Shown: positions 18,945 through 28,952, counted from the stretch's first letter. The stretch is DNA of 64,000 nucleotides from Candidatus Nitrospinota bacterium M3_3B_026 (GCA_051418015.1 JBPRGF010000024.1:64001-128000); one strand, 5' to 3'. Numbers and translations are program-made. The notes: generated by a model from the sequence alone, not told the origin.

Positions 18945-19991
18945 ATGCGCTACGAAAACGTATGCCTGGCGGCGGCGGCCTGCGAGTTGCCCCCGAACGT
19001 CGTGACATCGGAGAGTATCGAAAAGAGGCTCGGCCCGCTCTACGACAAGCTGGGCCTGAGAGAGGGGAGGCTCGAGCTGATGACCGGCATCCGCGAGCGC
19101 CGGTTCTGGGACAACGGCCAGACGCCGGGCGCCGTCGCCGTGAAGGCGGGCCGGAAGGCGCTGGCCGCCGCGAAAATCCCGCCGGAGGAGCTGGGCGCCC
19201 TGTTCCATGCCTCCGTGTGCAGGGATTTCATGGAGCCCGCCACGGCGTGCGGGGAGCATCGCGCCCTGGGCCTGCCGGAGAACACGCTGATATTCGACGT
19301 CTCCAACGCCTGCCTCGGCGTCCTGGATGCGATGGTGACGCTGGCGAACATGATAGAGCTGGGCCAGGCGAGGGCGGGGATCATTCTGGCCGGGGAGACG
19401 GGGGAGGCGCTCGTAAACGGCGCCATCGAGGCCCTGCTTGCCGACAAGAACGCTACTCGGCAGAGCATAAAACCGGCGTTCGCCTCCCTTACCATCGGGT
19501 CCGGCGCGGCGGCGGTGGTCCTGGCCCATAAGGACCTGAGCCCCTCCGGCCACAGGCTGGCTGGCGGCGTCTTCCGTTGCGACACGGAAAACGCCGACCT
19601 TTGCGTTGGCGGCGCCGGCGCGGGTTTCGGGATGAGCGCGTCCCCCTCCATGGAGACCGATTCCGAGGAGCTTCTGAAGGCCGGCTGCGCCCTGGCGAAG
19701 GAAACCTGGGGCGATTTCAAGGCGGAGCTTGGCTGGACGGAGGAGAGCGTTGACAGGAGCTTCACCCACCAGGTCGGCTCCGCCCACCGCAGGCTCTTGT
19801 ACGAGAGCATAGGAGTGGACCCGGCGAGGGATTTCTCGACGGTGGAGTTCCTTGGCAACATGGGCTCTGTCTCGCTTCCGGCGACGCTTGCTATGGGCGC
19901 CGAAAGAGGCCTCGTGAAAAAGGGGGGCAAGGTGGCCCTCCTCGGGATAGGCTCCGGGCTCAACTGCCTGATGCTGGGGCTTGAGTGGTAG
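18945..19991 (+). CDS. oleA: Acyl-CoA:acyl-CoA alkyltransferase (thiolase/FabH fold)
   Basis: RDFMEPATA, NACLG (catalytic Cys), HQVG, GNMG and LGIGSGLNC motifs. First gene of four contiguous ole-like genes. Confidence 0.9.
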   Translation: MRYENVCLAAAACELPPNVVTSESIEKRLGPLYDKLGLREGRLELMTGIRERRFWDNGQTPGAVAVKAGRKALAAAKIPPEELGALFHASVCRDFMEPATACGEHRALGLPENTLIFDVSNACLGVLDAMVTLANMIELGQARAGIILAGETGEALVNGAIEALLADKNATRQSIKPAFASLTIGSGAAAVVLAHKDLSPSGHRLAGGVFRCDTENADLCVGGAGAGFGMSASPSMETDSEELLKAGCALAKETWGDFKAELGWTEESVDRSFTHQVGSAHRRLLYESIGVDPARDFSTVEFLGNMGSVSLPATLAMGAERGLVKKGGKVALLGIGSGLNCLMLGLEW

Positions 19992-20009
19992 CCCGGGCGT
20001 TTGAAAGCC

Positions 20010-20909
20010 ATGGCGTATGACCTCGGCCCGATCAGGGATGAATATCCTTTCGAGCCGAAAACTTTTGACATCGGCGGCCTCGGCCTGAGCTACCTCGACG
20101 AGGGCCCCCGCGGCGCCCCGGCGGTGGTCATGCTCCACGGCAACCCGACGTGGTCGTTCTACTACCGCAGGCTCATCCTCGCGCTGCGGAGCGGCTACAG
20201 GGTCATCGCGCCGGACCACATGGGGATGGGCCTTTCCGCCAGGCCGGAGGATTATGACTATACGCTGGCCGTTCACATAGCGAACCTGGAGAGGCTGCTG
20301 GATCATCTCTCCCCCGGCCCGTTCACCCTGGCCATGCACGACTGGGGGGGGGCTATAGGGATGGGCGTGGCGGCGCGGCGCCCGGAGGCGATAAAGTCCC
20401 TGGTCATCTTCAACACCGCCGCCTTTTTCGGAAAAGTCCCCTGGAGGATAAGGGCCTGCCGCGCGCCGGTGTTCGGCGACCTTGCCGTGCGGGGGCTGAA
20501 CGCCTTCGCCCGCTCGGCCATAACGCTGAGGATGGCCACGGCGAAGCCGGAGCGTTTCAGAGGGCAGGTTAAACGGGGCTACCTTCTGCCCTACGACTCG
20601 TGGAAGAACAGGGTGGGGATAATGGGATTCGTCAGGGACATACCCTTGCGCCCGTCCGACCGCTCCTGGCCACTGGTGGAGTCGATCCGGGGCGGGCTCG
20701 AAAAATTCAAGGACACTCCGGCGCTGCTGTTGTGGGGCATGAGGGATTTTTGTTTCACCGAGGAGTTTTTGAGGCAGTGGCTGGCGAGGCTCAAAAACAC
20801 CGAGGCGCACATGTTCGACGACGCGGGGCATTACGTGGTGGAGGACGCGGGCGAGAGGATAGAGCCGATCCTCGAGCGATTCATGGAAAGGGTTCATGGC
20901 GGCGGCTGA
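20010..20909 (+). CDS. oleB: Beta-lactone decarboxylase (haloalkane-dehalogenase-like alpha/beta hydrolase)
   Basis: HGNPTWSF, PDHMGMGLS, HDWGG and GHYVVED motifs, plus gene context. Confidence 0.9.
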   Translation: MAYDLGPIRDEYPFEPKTFDIGGLGLSYLDEGPRGAPAVVMLHGNPTWSFYYRRLILALRSGYRVIAPDHMGMGLSARPEDYDYTLAVHIANLERLLDHLSPGPFTLAMHDWGGAIGMGVAARRPEAIKSLVIFNTAAFFGKVPWRIRACRAPVFGDLAVRGLNAFARSAITLRMATAKPERFRGQVKRGYLLPYDSWKNRVGIMGFVRDIPLRPSDRSWPLVESIRGGLEKFKDTPALLLWGMRDFCFTEEFLRQWLARLKNTEAHMFDDAGHYVVEDAGERIEPILERFMERVHGGG

Positions 20910-22569
20910 GGATGTTTTCAACATAGCCTCACGTCTTATCGAGGCGTCCGCGCGATGGCCAGACAGGGTGGCGGTCCATTACCCCTCCGGGAAGGGCGTG
21001 GGGGGGAAGACGCTGTACAAGACCTGGACTTTCCGCGGCCTCGACGAGGAGAGCGCCCGGCTTGCTGCGGGGCTCGAAAGCATAGGCGTTACGCGGGGCG
21101 TGAAGACGCTGCTGATGGTCCCGCCGGGGTTTGATTTCCTGGCGCTGGTGTTTGCGCTGTTCAGGGCAGGAGCCCCGCCGGTTCTCATCGATCCGGGAAT
21201 GGGGAAGAAAAATCTTTTGAGTTGTGTGGCGAAAGCGGCGCCGGAGGCGATGATCGCCGTCCCGCGGGCCCATCTGGCGCGGATTCTTTATCCGCGTTAT
21301 TTCCGGTCGGTGAAAACACAGGTTACGGCCGGGCGCCGGTGGCTCTGGGGCGGGGCGTCGCTCGAGGATGTCAAAGAGCGGGGGAGGGGGGCAGGATTCG
21401 ATATCACGAAAACATCGCCGGATGAGATGGCGGCGATACTTTTCACAACCGGCTCCACGGGCCCGCCCAAGGGCGTTGTCTATACGCACGGGATATTCGA
21501 CGCGCAGGTGAGGTTGATCCACGAGTATTACGGGATAGGCGAGGACGACGTGGATTTTCCAGTCTTCCCGCCGTTCGCCCTTTTCTCCGTCGTCCTGGGC
21601 GCGTCCGTCGTCATCCCGGATATGGATCCCACGAAACCCGCCGAGGCCGATCCCGCGAGGGTCGCGGAGCAGATAAACGACAAAGGCGCGACTTTCTCCT
21701 TCGGCTCCCCGGCCTTGTGGAAGAACGTCAGCGCCTATTGTCACGAGCGCGGCGAGAGGCTGCCAACCCTCAGAAAAGTTCTGATGGCCGGAGCGCCGGT
21801 CCCGGAGGTGATCCACAGGAGGCTCCTCGACGGCGGGATACTCCCCCCCGGAGCCGAGACGCGGACGCCTTTCGGCGCGACGGAGGCGCTGCCCGTCCTG
21901 GACATTTCCGGCAGGGAGATACTCGACGAGACGGCGGCCAGGGCCAGGGAGGGCTGGGGGGTTTGCGTGGGGCGGCCCCTGCCGGGAATGAGGGTGGAGA
22001 TAATAAAGATAACCGACGAGCCGGTACCGGAGTGGGACGACAAGCTGCTTGCTCCCGAGGGCGAGGCGGGGGAGATAGCCGTCTCCGGGCCGGTGGTGAC
22101 GAGGGAGTATTACGGGCGCCCGGAGATGACGAGGCTTGCGAAGATCGTGGACCGCGCGACCGGCGCCGTCCGCCACCGGATGGGCGACATCGGCCGCGTC
22201 GACGAAAAGGGCAGGGTCTGGTTCATGGGCAGGAAGGGCCACCGGGTCAGGACGGCTGAAGGGACGATGTTCACCGTTCCGTGCGAGTCCGTCATCAACC
22301 GTCATCCGGACGTGGCGCGGTCGGCCCTCGTGGGAGTGGGGGAGCCGCCCGGCCAGACGCCGGTCATGATCGTGGAGGTGGAGAAGGGCAGGCGCGCGGA
22401 CAGGGAGGCGCTGGTGGAGGAGCTTAGGATATTCGCCGAGTCGAGCCCGCTGACGGAGTCCATAACAACGTTCCTGGTACATCCCCGCTTTCCCGTGGAC
22501 GTCCGGCACAACGCCAAGATTTTTCGGGAGAAGCTCGCCGCCTGGGCTGAGGGGAGGCTTTCGCGGTGA
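20896..22569 (+). CDS. oleC: Olefin beta-lactone synthetase (AMP-dependent ligase family)
   Basis: NIA, LIDPGMG, FTTGSTGPPKG, PFGATEALP, HRMGD and FPVDVRHNAKIFRE motifs. Confidence 0.92.
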   Translation: MAAAEDVFNIASRLIEASARWPDRVAVHYPSGKGVGGKTLYKTWTFRGLDEESARLAAGLESIGVTRGVKTLLMVPPGFDFLALVFALFRAGAPPVLIDPGMGKKNLLSCVAKAAPEAMIAVPRAHLARILYPRYFRSVKTQVTAGRRWLWGGASLEDVKERGRGAGFDITKTSPDEMAAILFTTGSTGPPKGVVYTHGIFDAQVRLIHEYYGIGEDDVDFPVFPPFALFSVVLGASVVIPDMDPTKPAEADPARVAEQINDKGATFSFGSPALWKNVSAYCHERGERLPTLRKVLMAGAPVPEVIHRRLLDGGILPPGAETRTPFGATEALPVLDISGREILDETAARAREGWGVCVGRPLPGMRVEIIKITDEPVPEWDDKLLAPEGEAGEIAVSGPVVTREYYGRPEMTRLAKIVDRATGAVRHRMGDIGRVDEKGRVWFMGRKGHRVRTAEGTMFTVPCESVINRHPDVARSALVGVGEPPGQTPVMIVEVEKGRRADREALVEELRIFAESSPLTESITTFLVHPRFPVDVRHNAKIFREKLAAWAEGRLSR

Positions 22570-23573
22570 AGGCGCTGGTAACGGGCGGCGGTGGTTTTCT
22601 CGGCCGCTATATCGTGGAGAAGCTGATCGCCCGCGGGGACAAGGTGAAAAGCTTCGGCCGGGGGGATTATCCTGAGCTTCGCGCCATCAGGGCCGAGACG
22701 ATTCAGGGCGATATCACCGTCCCCGCCGCCGTGGCGCGCGCGGTGGAGGGGATGGACGCGGTCATCCATGCGGCGGCGAGGGTGGGGGTATGGGGCTCCG
22801 CGAAGGAGTTTTACGACATGAACGTCATCGGGACGAGAAACGTCATAAACGCTTGCGTGAAGGAGGGCGTCGGGAAACTTGTTTTTATAAGTTCGCCGAG
22901 CGTCGTCTTCGACGGCCGCGGCCACGAGGGGATAGACGAAACCCATCCATACCCGGAAAAATACCTCGCCCACTATCCGCGGACGAAGGCGATTGCCGAG
23001 CGCGAAGTCCTGGCCGCCAATGGCGGGGAGGGGCTCCTGACCTGCGCCATAAGGCCGCATCTTGTCTGGGGTCCGCGGGATACGAACCTTGTGCCGCGGC
23101 TTCTGGAAAGGGCGCGGGAGGGCAAGCTCCGGATCGTCGGGGACGGCGGCAACCTCGTGGACACCGTCTACGTGGAGAACGCCGCCGACGCGGCCATCCT
23201 GGCGGCCGATCGTCTCGCCGAGGGCTCCCCCGTCCCAGGATCGGCCTATTTCATAACCCAGGGCGAGCCCGTGAAGCTGTGGGATTTCGTCAACGAGATA
23301 CTACAGAGGCTGGGGGCGCCGCCCGTGACCAGGAGGGTGTCGTTCGGGGCGGCCTATGCGTCTGGCGCGGCGATGGAGGGGATGTACAGGCTGTTCGGGA
23401 TAAACGAGGAGCCCGTCATGACTCGTTTTCTCGCGGCCCAGCTTGCCATGCCGCATCATTTCAGCATAGAGAAAGCCCGGCGGGAGCTAGGCTACGCTCC
23501 GGCTGTATCCACGGCGGAGGGGCTGGAAAGGCTCGCCGAGAGCATGGGCGCGGGCGGCCCGAAAGCTCCATGA
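22566..23573 (+). CDS. oleD: 2-alkyl-3-oxoalkanoate reductase (extended SDR)
   Basis: TGGGGFLG, SSPSVV, YPRTK and IRPHLVWGPRD motifs. GTGA overlap with oleC. Confidence 0.9.
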   Translation: MKALVTGGGGFLGRYIVEKLIARGDKVKSFGRGDYPELRAIRAETIQGDITVPAAVARAVEGMDAVIHAAARVGVWGSAKEFYDMNVIGTRNVINACVKEGVGKLVFISSPSVVFDGRGHEGIDETHPYPEKYLAHYPRTKAIAEREVLAANGGEGLLTCAIRPHLVWGPRDTNLVPRLLERAREGKLRIVGDGGNLVDTVYVENAADAAILAADRLAEGSPVPGSAYFITQGEPVKLWDFVNEILQRLGAPPVTRRVSFGAAYASGAAMEGMYRLFGINEEPVMTRFLAAQLAMPHHFSIEKARRELGYAPAVSTAEGLERLAESMGAGGPKAP

Positions 23574-23591
23574 CCTAAGCGGAGGTAAAAA

Positions 23592-23620
23592 TTGACATCA
23601 TCCCTGATTTAATTTATAAA
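23592..23620 (+). promoter_or_regulatory. Near-consensus sigma70 promoter
   Basis: TTGACA (23592-23597), 17 nt spacer, TATAAA (23615-23620), in an AT-rich patch upstream of the sensor kinase. Confidence 0.7.
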
Positions 23621-23783
23621 ATTACCTCCATCTCCTGACGCCCTGTTTTTAAACTATCTCTGTGTGATGTGTTTTTTCTTGCGCGTCGGCGCGTTATCGG
23701 GTGATTTTATTTTCTCGCGCTGTTGGGGGATTTCAGCCGCGACTCTGTGATACGCTGATGATCCGCGCTCCGGGGGTGAGGCC

Positions 23784-25541
23784 ATGAAAGCTCTCAATTC
23801 CATGACATCGAGGCATATCCTCGCCCTCGGGCTGGTGGCCCTGCTCTCCATCGTTTCATACGCCGCCTTGAGGAGCGCCATAGACGAGCGCAAGACGGAC
23901 GCGGTGGTGATAAACACGAGCGGCCGTCAGCGCATGTTGAGCCTGAAAATCGCCTACCTTTCCGGCAGGCTCGCCTCGGATCGGGACGCTGGGGAGCGTG
24001 AGAAGCTGGCGGCCGAGCTTGAACAGGTCGTCCGCCTGATGAAAGGGGCGCGCCGCGGCCTCGTCGAGGGGGATCCATCCGTGGGCCTTCCGGGTCGCAT
24101 GTCGCCCGAGACCCTGTCGATGTATTTCGAGCCTCCATACAACGTGGACGGGAAGGTCCGCGCCTATCTCTCCCTGGCCGAGGACGTGCTGGAGCAAAGG
24201 AACTCCATAACACCCGATGATCCCCTGCTGAAGGAGATAGACTCCGCCGTACTTCCCCTCGTCAACGCGCTGGACGCCGTGACGGAGCGTTACGAGGAGG
24301 AGAGCGCGGCCAGGATCGAGAGGCTCGACGACATGGAGCGGATCGTCCTGGCCCTTACGCTCGTCACACTCGCCGCCATCGCGGTTTTCATATTCCGCCC
24401 GATGGTGAGAAGGGAGACGGAGAAGCTGTTGAAGTCGCAAAAGCAGCTTGCGGCGGTGCTGGAGATGGTCGGCGAGGGGGTGATAACCGCCGAAGCGGAC
24501 GGCAGGATCGCGGGGGTGAACAGGAAAGCGCTGGAGACATGGGGCTACGCCGAAGAGGAGCTTCTGGGCGAGAGCCTGACCGTCCTAATGCCGGAAAGAT
24601 ACCGCGCCCGGCACGAGGAGGGGATGAGAAGACACATGGAAACCGGGGAAAGGCGCATACTAGGGAAAACGGTGGAGCTTGCGGGCCTGAGGAAAAACGG
24701 TGAGGAGTTTCCCCTGGACCTTAACATCACCCAAACCACCGTGGAAGGGCGGACTCTTTTCATCGGCGCGGCGCGGGACATCACCGAACGCAAGGAGGCG
24801 GAGCGGGAGCTGGAGAAATACCGCCACCACCTCGAGGAGCTTGTGGAGGAGCGAGCCAACGAGCTAAACTCCGTGAACAGGGAGCTTGAGGCTTTCAGCT
24901 ACTCCGTGTCGCACGACCTGCGCGCCCCGTTGCGGGGGGTGGACGGGTTCAGCCAGGCGCTTCTCGAAGACTACGGGGACAGGATCGACGAACAGGGAAA
25001 GTTCTACCTTACCCGGGTGCGCGCGGGATGCCAGCGGATGGGGGAGCTGATAGACGGGTTGCTGAATCTCTCCCGCCTCACCCGCGGCGTGATGGAGCGG
25101 GAGGACGTGAATTTGAGCGAGATGGCCCATGCCGTCATCGACGATCTTAGAAGACACGACCCCGGCAGGGCCGTGGACGTGGTCATCGATGACGGCCTTG
25201 TCGCGAGCGGCGACAGGATACTCCTGCGCGCGGTCCTGGACAACCTGCTCAGCAACGCCTGGAAGTTCACCGAGGGCAGGGAGGGGGCGAGGATAGAGTT
25301 CGGCGCGGACCGCCTGGACGGGGAGACGGTCTACCACGTGCGGGACAACGGCGCGGGGTTCGACATGCGATACGCCGGCAAGCTCTTCGGAGCGTTCCAG
25401 CGCCTGCACGGCGCCAACGAGTACAGCGGCGCGGGAATAGGGCTGGCCACGGTCCAGCGGGTGATCCGCCGCCACGGCGGGCGCGTCTGGGGCGAGGGAG
25501 AGGTGGGGAAGGGATCCACGTTTTACTTTACCTTGAGTTGA
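23784..25541 (+). CDS. Membrane sensor histidine kinase: NarX/PilJ-type periplasmic domain + PAS + HisKA/HATPase
   Basis: TM-INTSGRQRMLSLK-...-TM, PAS LMPERYRARHEEG, then SHDLRAPL, NAWKF, DNGAGF and GIGLA motifs. Confidence 0.92.
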   Translation: MKALNSMTSRHILALGLVALLSIVSYAALRSAIDERKTDAVVINTSGRQRMLSLKIAYLSGRLASDRDAGEREKLAAELEQVVRLMKGARRGLVEGDPSVGLPGRMSPETLSMYFEPPYNVDGKVRAYLSLAEDVLEQRNSITPDDPLLKEIDSAVLPLVNALDAVTERYEEESAARIERLDDMERIVLALTLVTLAAIAVFIFRPMVRRETEKLLKSQKQLAAVLEMVGEGVITAEADGRIAGVNRKALETWGYAEEELLGESLTVLMPERYRARHEEGMRRHMETGERRILGKTVELAGLRKNGEEFPLDLNITQTTVEGRTLFIGAARDITERKEAERELEKYRHHLEELVEERANELNSVNRELEAFSYSVSHDLRAPLRGVDGFSQALLEDYGDRIDEQGKFYLTRVRAGCQRMGELIDGLLNLSRLTRGVMEREDVNLSEMAHAVIDDLRRHDPGRAVDVVIDDGLVASGDRILLRAVLDNLLSNAWKFTEGREGARIEFGADRLDGETVYHVRDNGAGFDMRYAGKLFGAFQRLHGANEYSGAGIGLATVQRVIRRHGGRVWGEGEVGKGSTFYFTLS

Positions 25542-25551
25542 AGGAGAGATC

Positions 25552-26013
25552 ATGGCTGTGGATGTTGAAAGCGGGGAGATACTGCTGGTCGAGGACAACC
25601 CCGACGACGAGGCGCTCACGCTGAGGGCTCTGAGAAAGAGCGGGATCACCAACCACGTGTCGGTGGCCCGCGACGGGGCGGAGGCGCTCGACTACCTTTT
25701 CGGCGAGGGGGGACACGCGAGACGCGACACTTCTGACATGCCGGTGGTCGTCTTGCTGGACCTGAAGCTTCCCAAGGTGGACGGTCTGGAGGTTTTGAGG
25801 CGTATGCGAACGGATGACAGGACGAAGCTCGTGCCGGTCGTGATCCTCACCACCTCCGACGAGGAAAAGGACATGATCGCAGGCTACGAGCTTGGAGCCA
25901 ACAGCTACGTGAGGAAACCAGTGGACTTCAACCAGTTCTCGGAGGCCGTCAGGCAGCTGGGGCTTTACTGGCGTCTCATAAACGAGCCTCCACCAAGGAG
26001 CGCGAGGCGGTAG
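25552..26013 (+). CDS. Single-domain response regulator (Rcp1-like)
   Basis: LLVEDNPDD, LLDLKLPKVDG, LTTS and GANSYVRKP motifs. Confidence 0.93.
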   Translation: MAVDVESGEILLVEDNPDDEALTLRALRKSGITNHVSVARDGAEALDYLFGEGGHARRDTSDMPVVVLLDLKLPKVDGLEVLRRMRTDDRTKLVPVVILTTSDEEKDMIAGYELGANSYVRKPVDFNQFSEAVRQLGLYWRLINEPPPRSARR

Positions 26014-26019
26014 CGCAGG

Positions 26020-27528
26020 ATGAACAACGGGAAGCTGAAAGTTCTCCTGGTGGAGGACTCGGAGGACGACGCTCTCCTGATCCTGCGCGAGCTTGAAAAG
26101 GACGGGTTGGACCCCACGTCGAAAATAGTGGAGACGGCCGGGGATTACACGGCCGCCCTTTCGGAAAACTCGTGGGACGTCATCATATCGGACTACTCCA
26201 TGCCGAATTTCTCCGGGGTGGAGGCGTTGCGGATGTTGAAGGACTCCGGCCGGGACATTCCCTTCGTCATGGTCTCCGGAGCGATCGGCGAGGAGACGGC
26301 GGTGGAGACGATGAAAGCCGGCGCCCACGATTTCATAGTGAAGGGCAACTACGCCCGCCTCGCCCAGGCCATAAGGCGCGAGCTGACCGACGCGAGGGAC
26401 CGGAGGGAGAAAAGGCGCGCCGAAGAAGCCCTCAGGGAAAGCGAGGAGAGACTCAAAGCTATAGTGGACAACACCACCGCGGTGATCTTCGTAAAGGATA
26501 TGGAGGGCAGGTACACTCTGGTGAACAGACGGCTGGCGGAGATCATCGGGGAGCCGAAGGAGGAGATCGCGGGGAAGACGGACCATGATCTGATGCCCCG
26601 GGAGGTGGCGTACAGGCTGCGGCGAAACGACCTTGCGGCCCTGGAGGCTGGGAAGGCGATGGAGTTCGAGGAGATCCTGAGCCATGACAATGGCCACCGC
26701 GCCTATCTTTCCATCAAGTTTCCACTGCTGGACTCATCGGGCCGGCCCTACGGCGTCTGCGGCGTCGCCACGGACATAACGGAGCGGAAAAAAGCCGAGG
26801 ACGAGCTCCGGGAGGCCAGGGACGCCGCCGAGGAGGCGGTAAGACTGAAAGATAAGTTCGTCGCCCTTGTGGCGCACGACCTGAAATCGCCTTTCGGCTC
26901 GATGCTGGGGCTTTTGGAGCTTATCAGCAGGGACGGCGACAACCCTCTCCCCGTGAAACACAAGGAGATGATCAGGAGCATCATAAAAAACGGCAGGCGC
27001 ATGTACCGGATGATCGACGAGCTTCTGCGCGCCGACAGGATACAGAAGGCCAAGATCAACCTGAGGCGCGAGAAAGTGGACGCGGTCTCGCTCATGGCGT
27101 CCGCCATAGACAACCTGAAGGAGCGCGCCCGCGAAAAAGGGATTATCATCGTGAACGACATCCCGGAGGGGATGAGCTTGTACGTCGACCCGGCGCTGTT
27201 CCTGGAGGTGCTCGACAACCTTATATCCAACGCCATAAAATTCAGCCACCGGGGCGGCGTGGTCACGGTCTTCGCCCCGGACGGCGCCGCCGTGGCCGTC
27301 AGGGACTCAGGCGTCGGCGTCCGCCCGGACAAGCTGGACAAGCTGTTCTGCTATGACGAGAAGACCACCACCGTCGGCACGGATGGGGAGATAGGCTCCG
27401 GCCTGGGGCTGCCGCTGTGCCATGAGATAATAAAGGCCCATGGAGGCTCCATTACCGTGGAGTCGGCGGAAGGGAAAGGGAGCGTGTTCTGCGCCCGGCT
27501 GCGCGGGGAGGCGATCGAGGAGGTCTGA
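26020..27528 (+). CDS. Cytoplasmic hybrid kinase (REC-PAS-HisKA-HATPase)
   Basis: VEDSEDD/SDYSMP receiver, PAS, then AHDLKSP, NAIKF, DSGVG and GSGLGL motifs. Confidence 0.92.
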   Translation: MNNGKLKVLLVEDSEDDALLILRELEKDGLDPTSKIVETAGDYTAALSENSWDVIISDYSMPNFSGVEALRMLKDSGRDIPFVMVSGAIGEETAVETMKAGAHDFIVKGNYARLAQAIRRELTDARDRREKRRAEEALRESEERLKAIVDNTTAVIFVKDMEGRYTLVNRRLAEIIGEPKEEIAGKTDHDLMPREVAYRLRRNDLAALEAGKAMEFEEILSHDNGHRAYLSIKFPLLDSSGRPYGVCGVATDITERKKAEDELREARDAAEEAVRLKDKFVALVAHDLKSPFGSMLGLLELISRDGDNPLPVKHKEMIRSIIKNGRRMYRMIDELLRADRIQKAKINLRREKVDAVSLMASAIDNLKERAREKGIIIVNDIPEGMSLYVDPALFLEVLDNLISNAIKFSHRGGVVTVFAPDGAAVAVRDSGVGVRPDKLDKLFCYDEKTTTVGTDGEIGSGLGLPLCHEIIKAHGGSITVESAEGKGSVFCARLRGEAIEEV

Positions 27529-27562
27529 ACGCGCCGCCGCGCCTTCGTTGTGTTCAGACCTC
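27520..27562. repeat. 11-bp inverted repeat overlapping the kinase stop codon (possible 3' stem-loop)
   Basis: GAGGTCTGAAC (27520-27530) and GTTCAGACCTC (27552-27562). Confidence 0.5.
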
Positions 27563-27650
27563 GTCTAATCTGCTAAAATTAACCGTTTTTTTTATTTTGT
27601 CCGGTTACCAGCCGGATAACTGCTTTCAGGAAAACCTTGGAAACCCGCGG

Positions 27651-28940
27651 ATGATGATCCCGTTCAGGAAAACAGGCCGTTGTCGAACGTTCTTTTCGGT
27701 TGTCGCGGCGGCGTTTCTTTTCGCCTCGTGCGGCGCCGGGGGCGGCTCGGGGGGCTCTGGCGGTTCGGGAGACGGCGGGGGCTCCGGCTCCTCCATCCAC
27801 GCAGGACCCGTGGAGCTTGTCTACCCGGAGGACGGCTCCGCGCTGAGCCACGGATCCTCTGTGAGCTTCGAGCTTTACAACTCAGAGCCGGAAGAGCACA
27901 CCAACGGTGTCTACACTATATCCATCTATTCCGATAGCGATGCGCTCAATCTCGTGGCCTCCTCGGAGGAGATCGAGGAGGACCAGGCCGGGCGCGCCGC
28001 GTGGAGCCCGACGGTGGAGCTTGGCTCGGACAGGGCCTACTGGTGGAAATGGAGCGCCGTCTACGAGGACGCGGACAGCGGACTGAGCAAATCATACGAG
28101 TCCGGCCTGGGTGTTTTTTACGTGACCTCCACCGACGCCATGGACGCCCTGAGCCCGGCCGACGGGGGATACGCTGACGTTAACAGGAGCGGAGGGGCCC
28201 GCCTCGCCGTGTTCAACGCCTACACCGGCGAAGAGCCCGAGGTCGCCTACGACTTCGAACTGTATTACGCCGAGGATACCTCTTCCGCCCTGGCCCAGGC
28301 GCGAGACGTCCCACAGAACGGCGATGAAAGATACACCGTCTGGGAGCCCGCCGCCGCCCTGCTCGAAGGGGTCTCCTACAAATGGCGCGCCAAGGCGGTC
28401 GTCAACGGCTATCCCATGGACTGGTCTTCCATGTACACCTTCACCGCCGTCGACTTCTGCTCCGTCGGCGGCGGCAGGTACGCCGAGCGGGTCGCCGACA
28501 CCGCGACCGTCCGCGAATGCGCCGCCAGGGCCTTTACGGACCCGGAGGAGGCCCTGGGCCCGCCGGACGCGGTGATTCCCTATCGGGGTTTTTACTCGCT
28601 CGATTTCGGCGGCGAGCTTGTCGTCGAGATGGGCGCCACCATCATGGACCAGTCCGGCTACGATATCCGCGTCTACGAGTTCGTGTCGGAGGAGTTCGTC
28701 GAGGTCCTGGTGGGAGCTTCGGAGAGCGGGCCGTGGGCCTCCCTCGGCGTCCAGCTCTGCCCGGAGTACTGCGACTTTGACCTTGCCACCGGCGGCGCGG
28801 CCTACGCGAGGTTCATAAAAGTGAGGGACCCATGGTCGCCCCAGGGCGCGTGTCACGAGTCGTCCGGCGCGGACATAGACGCGATAATGTGGATAAGACC
28901 GGTCTCCGCCGCTCCGGGCGCGTGCGCCGGCGGCTGGTAG
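27651..28940 (+). CDS. Putative lipoprotein with Gly/Ser linker, Ig/FN3-like segments and a Cys-containing C-terminal beta domain
   Basis: Lipobox-like FASC, GAGGGSGGSGGSG linker, and ALGPPD...SLDFGG...FDL...GADIDAI pattern. Confidence 0.7.
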   Translation: MMIPFRKTGRCRTFFSVVAAAFLFASCGAGGGSGGSGGSGDGGGSGSSIHAGPVELVYPEDGSALSHGSSVSFELYNSEPEEHTNGVYTISIYSDSDALNLVASSEEIEEDQAGRAAWSPTVELGSDRAYWWKWSAVYEDADSGLSKSYESGLGVFYVTSTDAMDALSPADGGYADVNRSGGARLAVFNAYTGEEPEVAYDFELYYAEDTSSALAQARDVPQNGDERYTVWEPAAALLEGVSYKWRAKAVVNGYPMDWSSMYTFTAVDFCSVGGGRYAERVADTATVRECAARAFTDPEEALGPPDAVIPYRGFYSLDFGGELVVEMGATIMDQSGYDIRVYEFVSEEFVEVLVGASESGPWASLGVQLCPEYCDFDLATGGAAYARFIKVRDPWSPQGACHESSGADIDAIMWIRPVSAAPGACAGGW

Positions 28941-28952
28941 GAAAGAGGGCGG

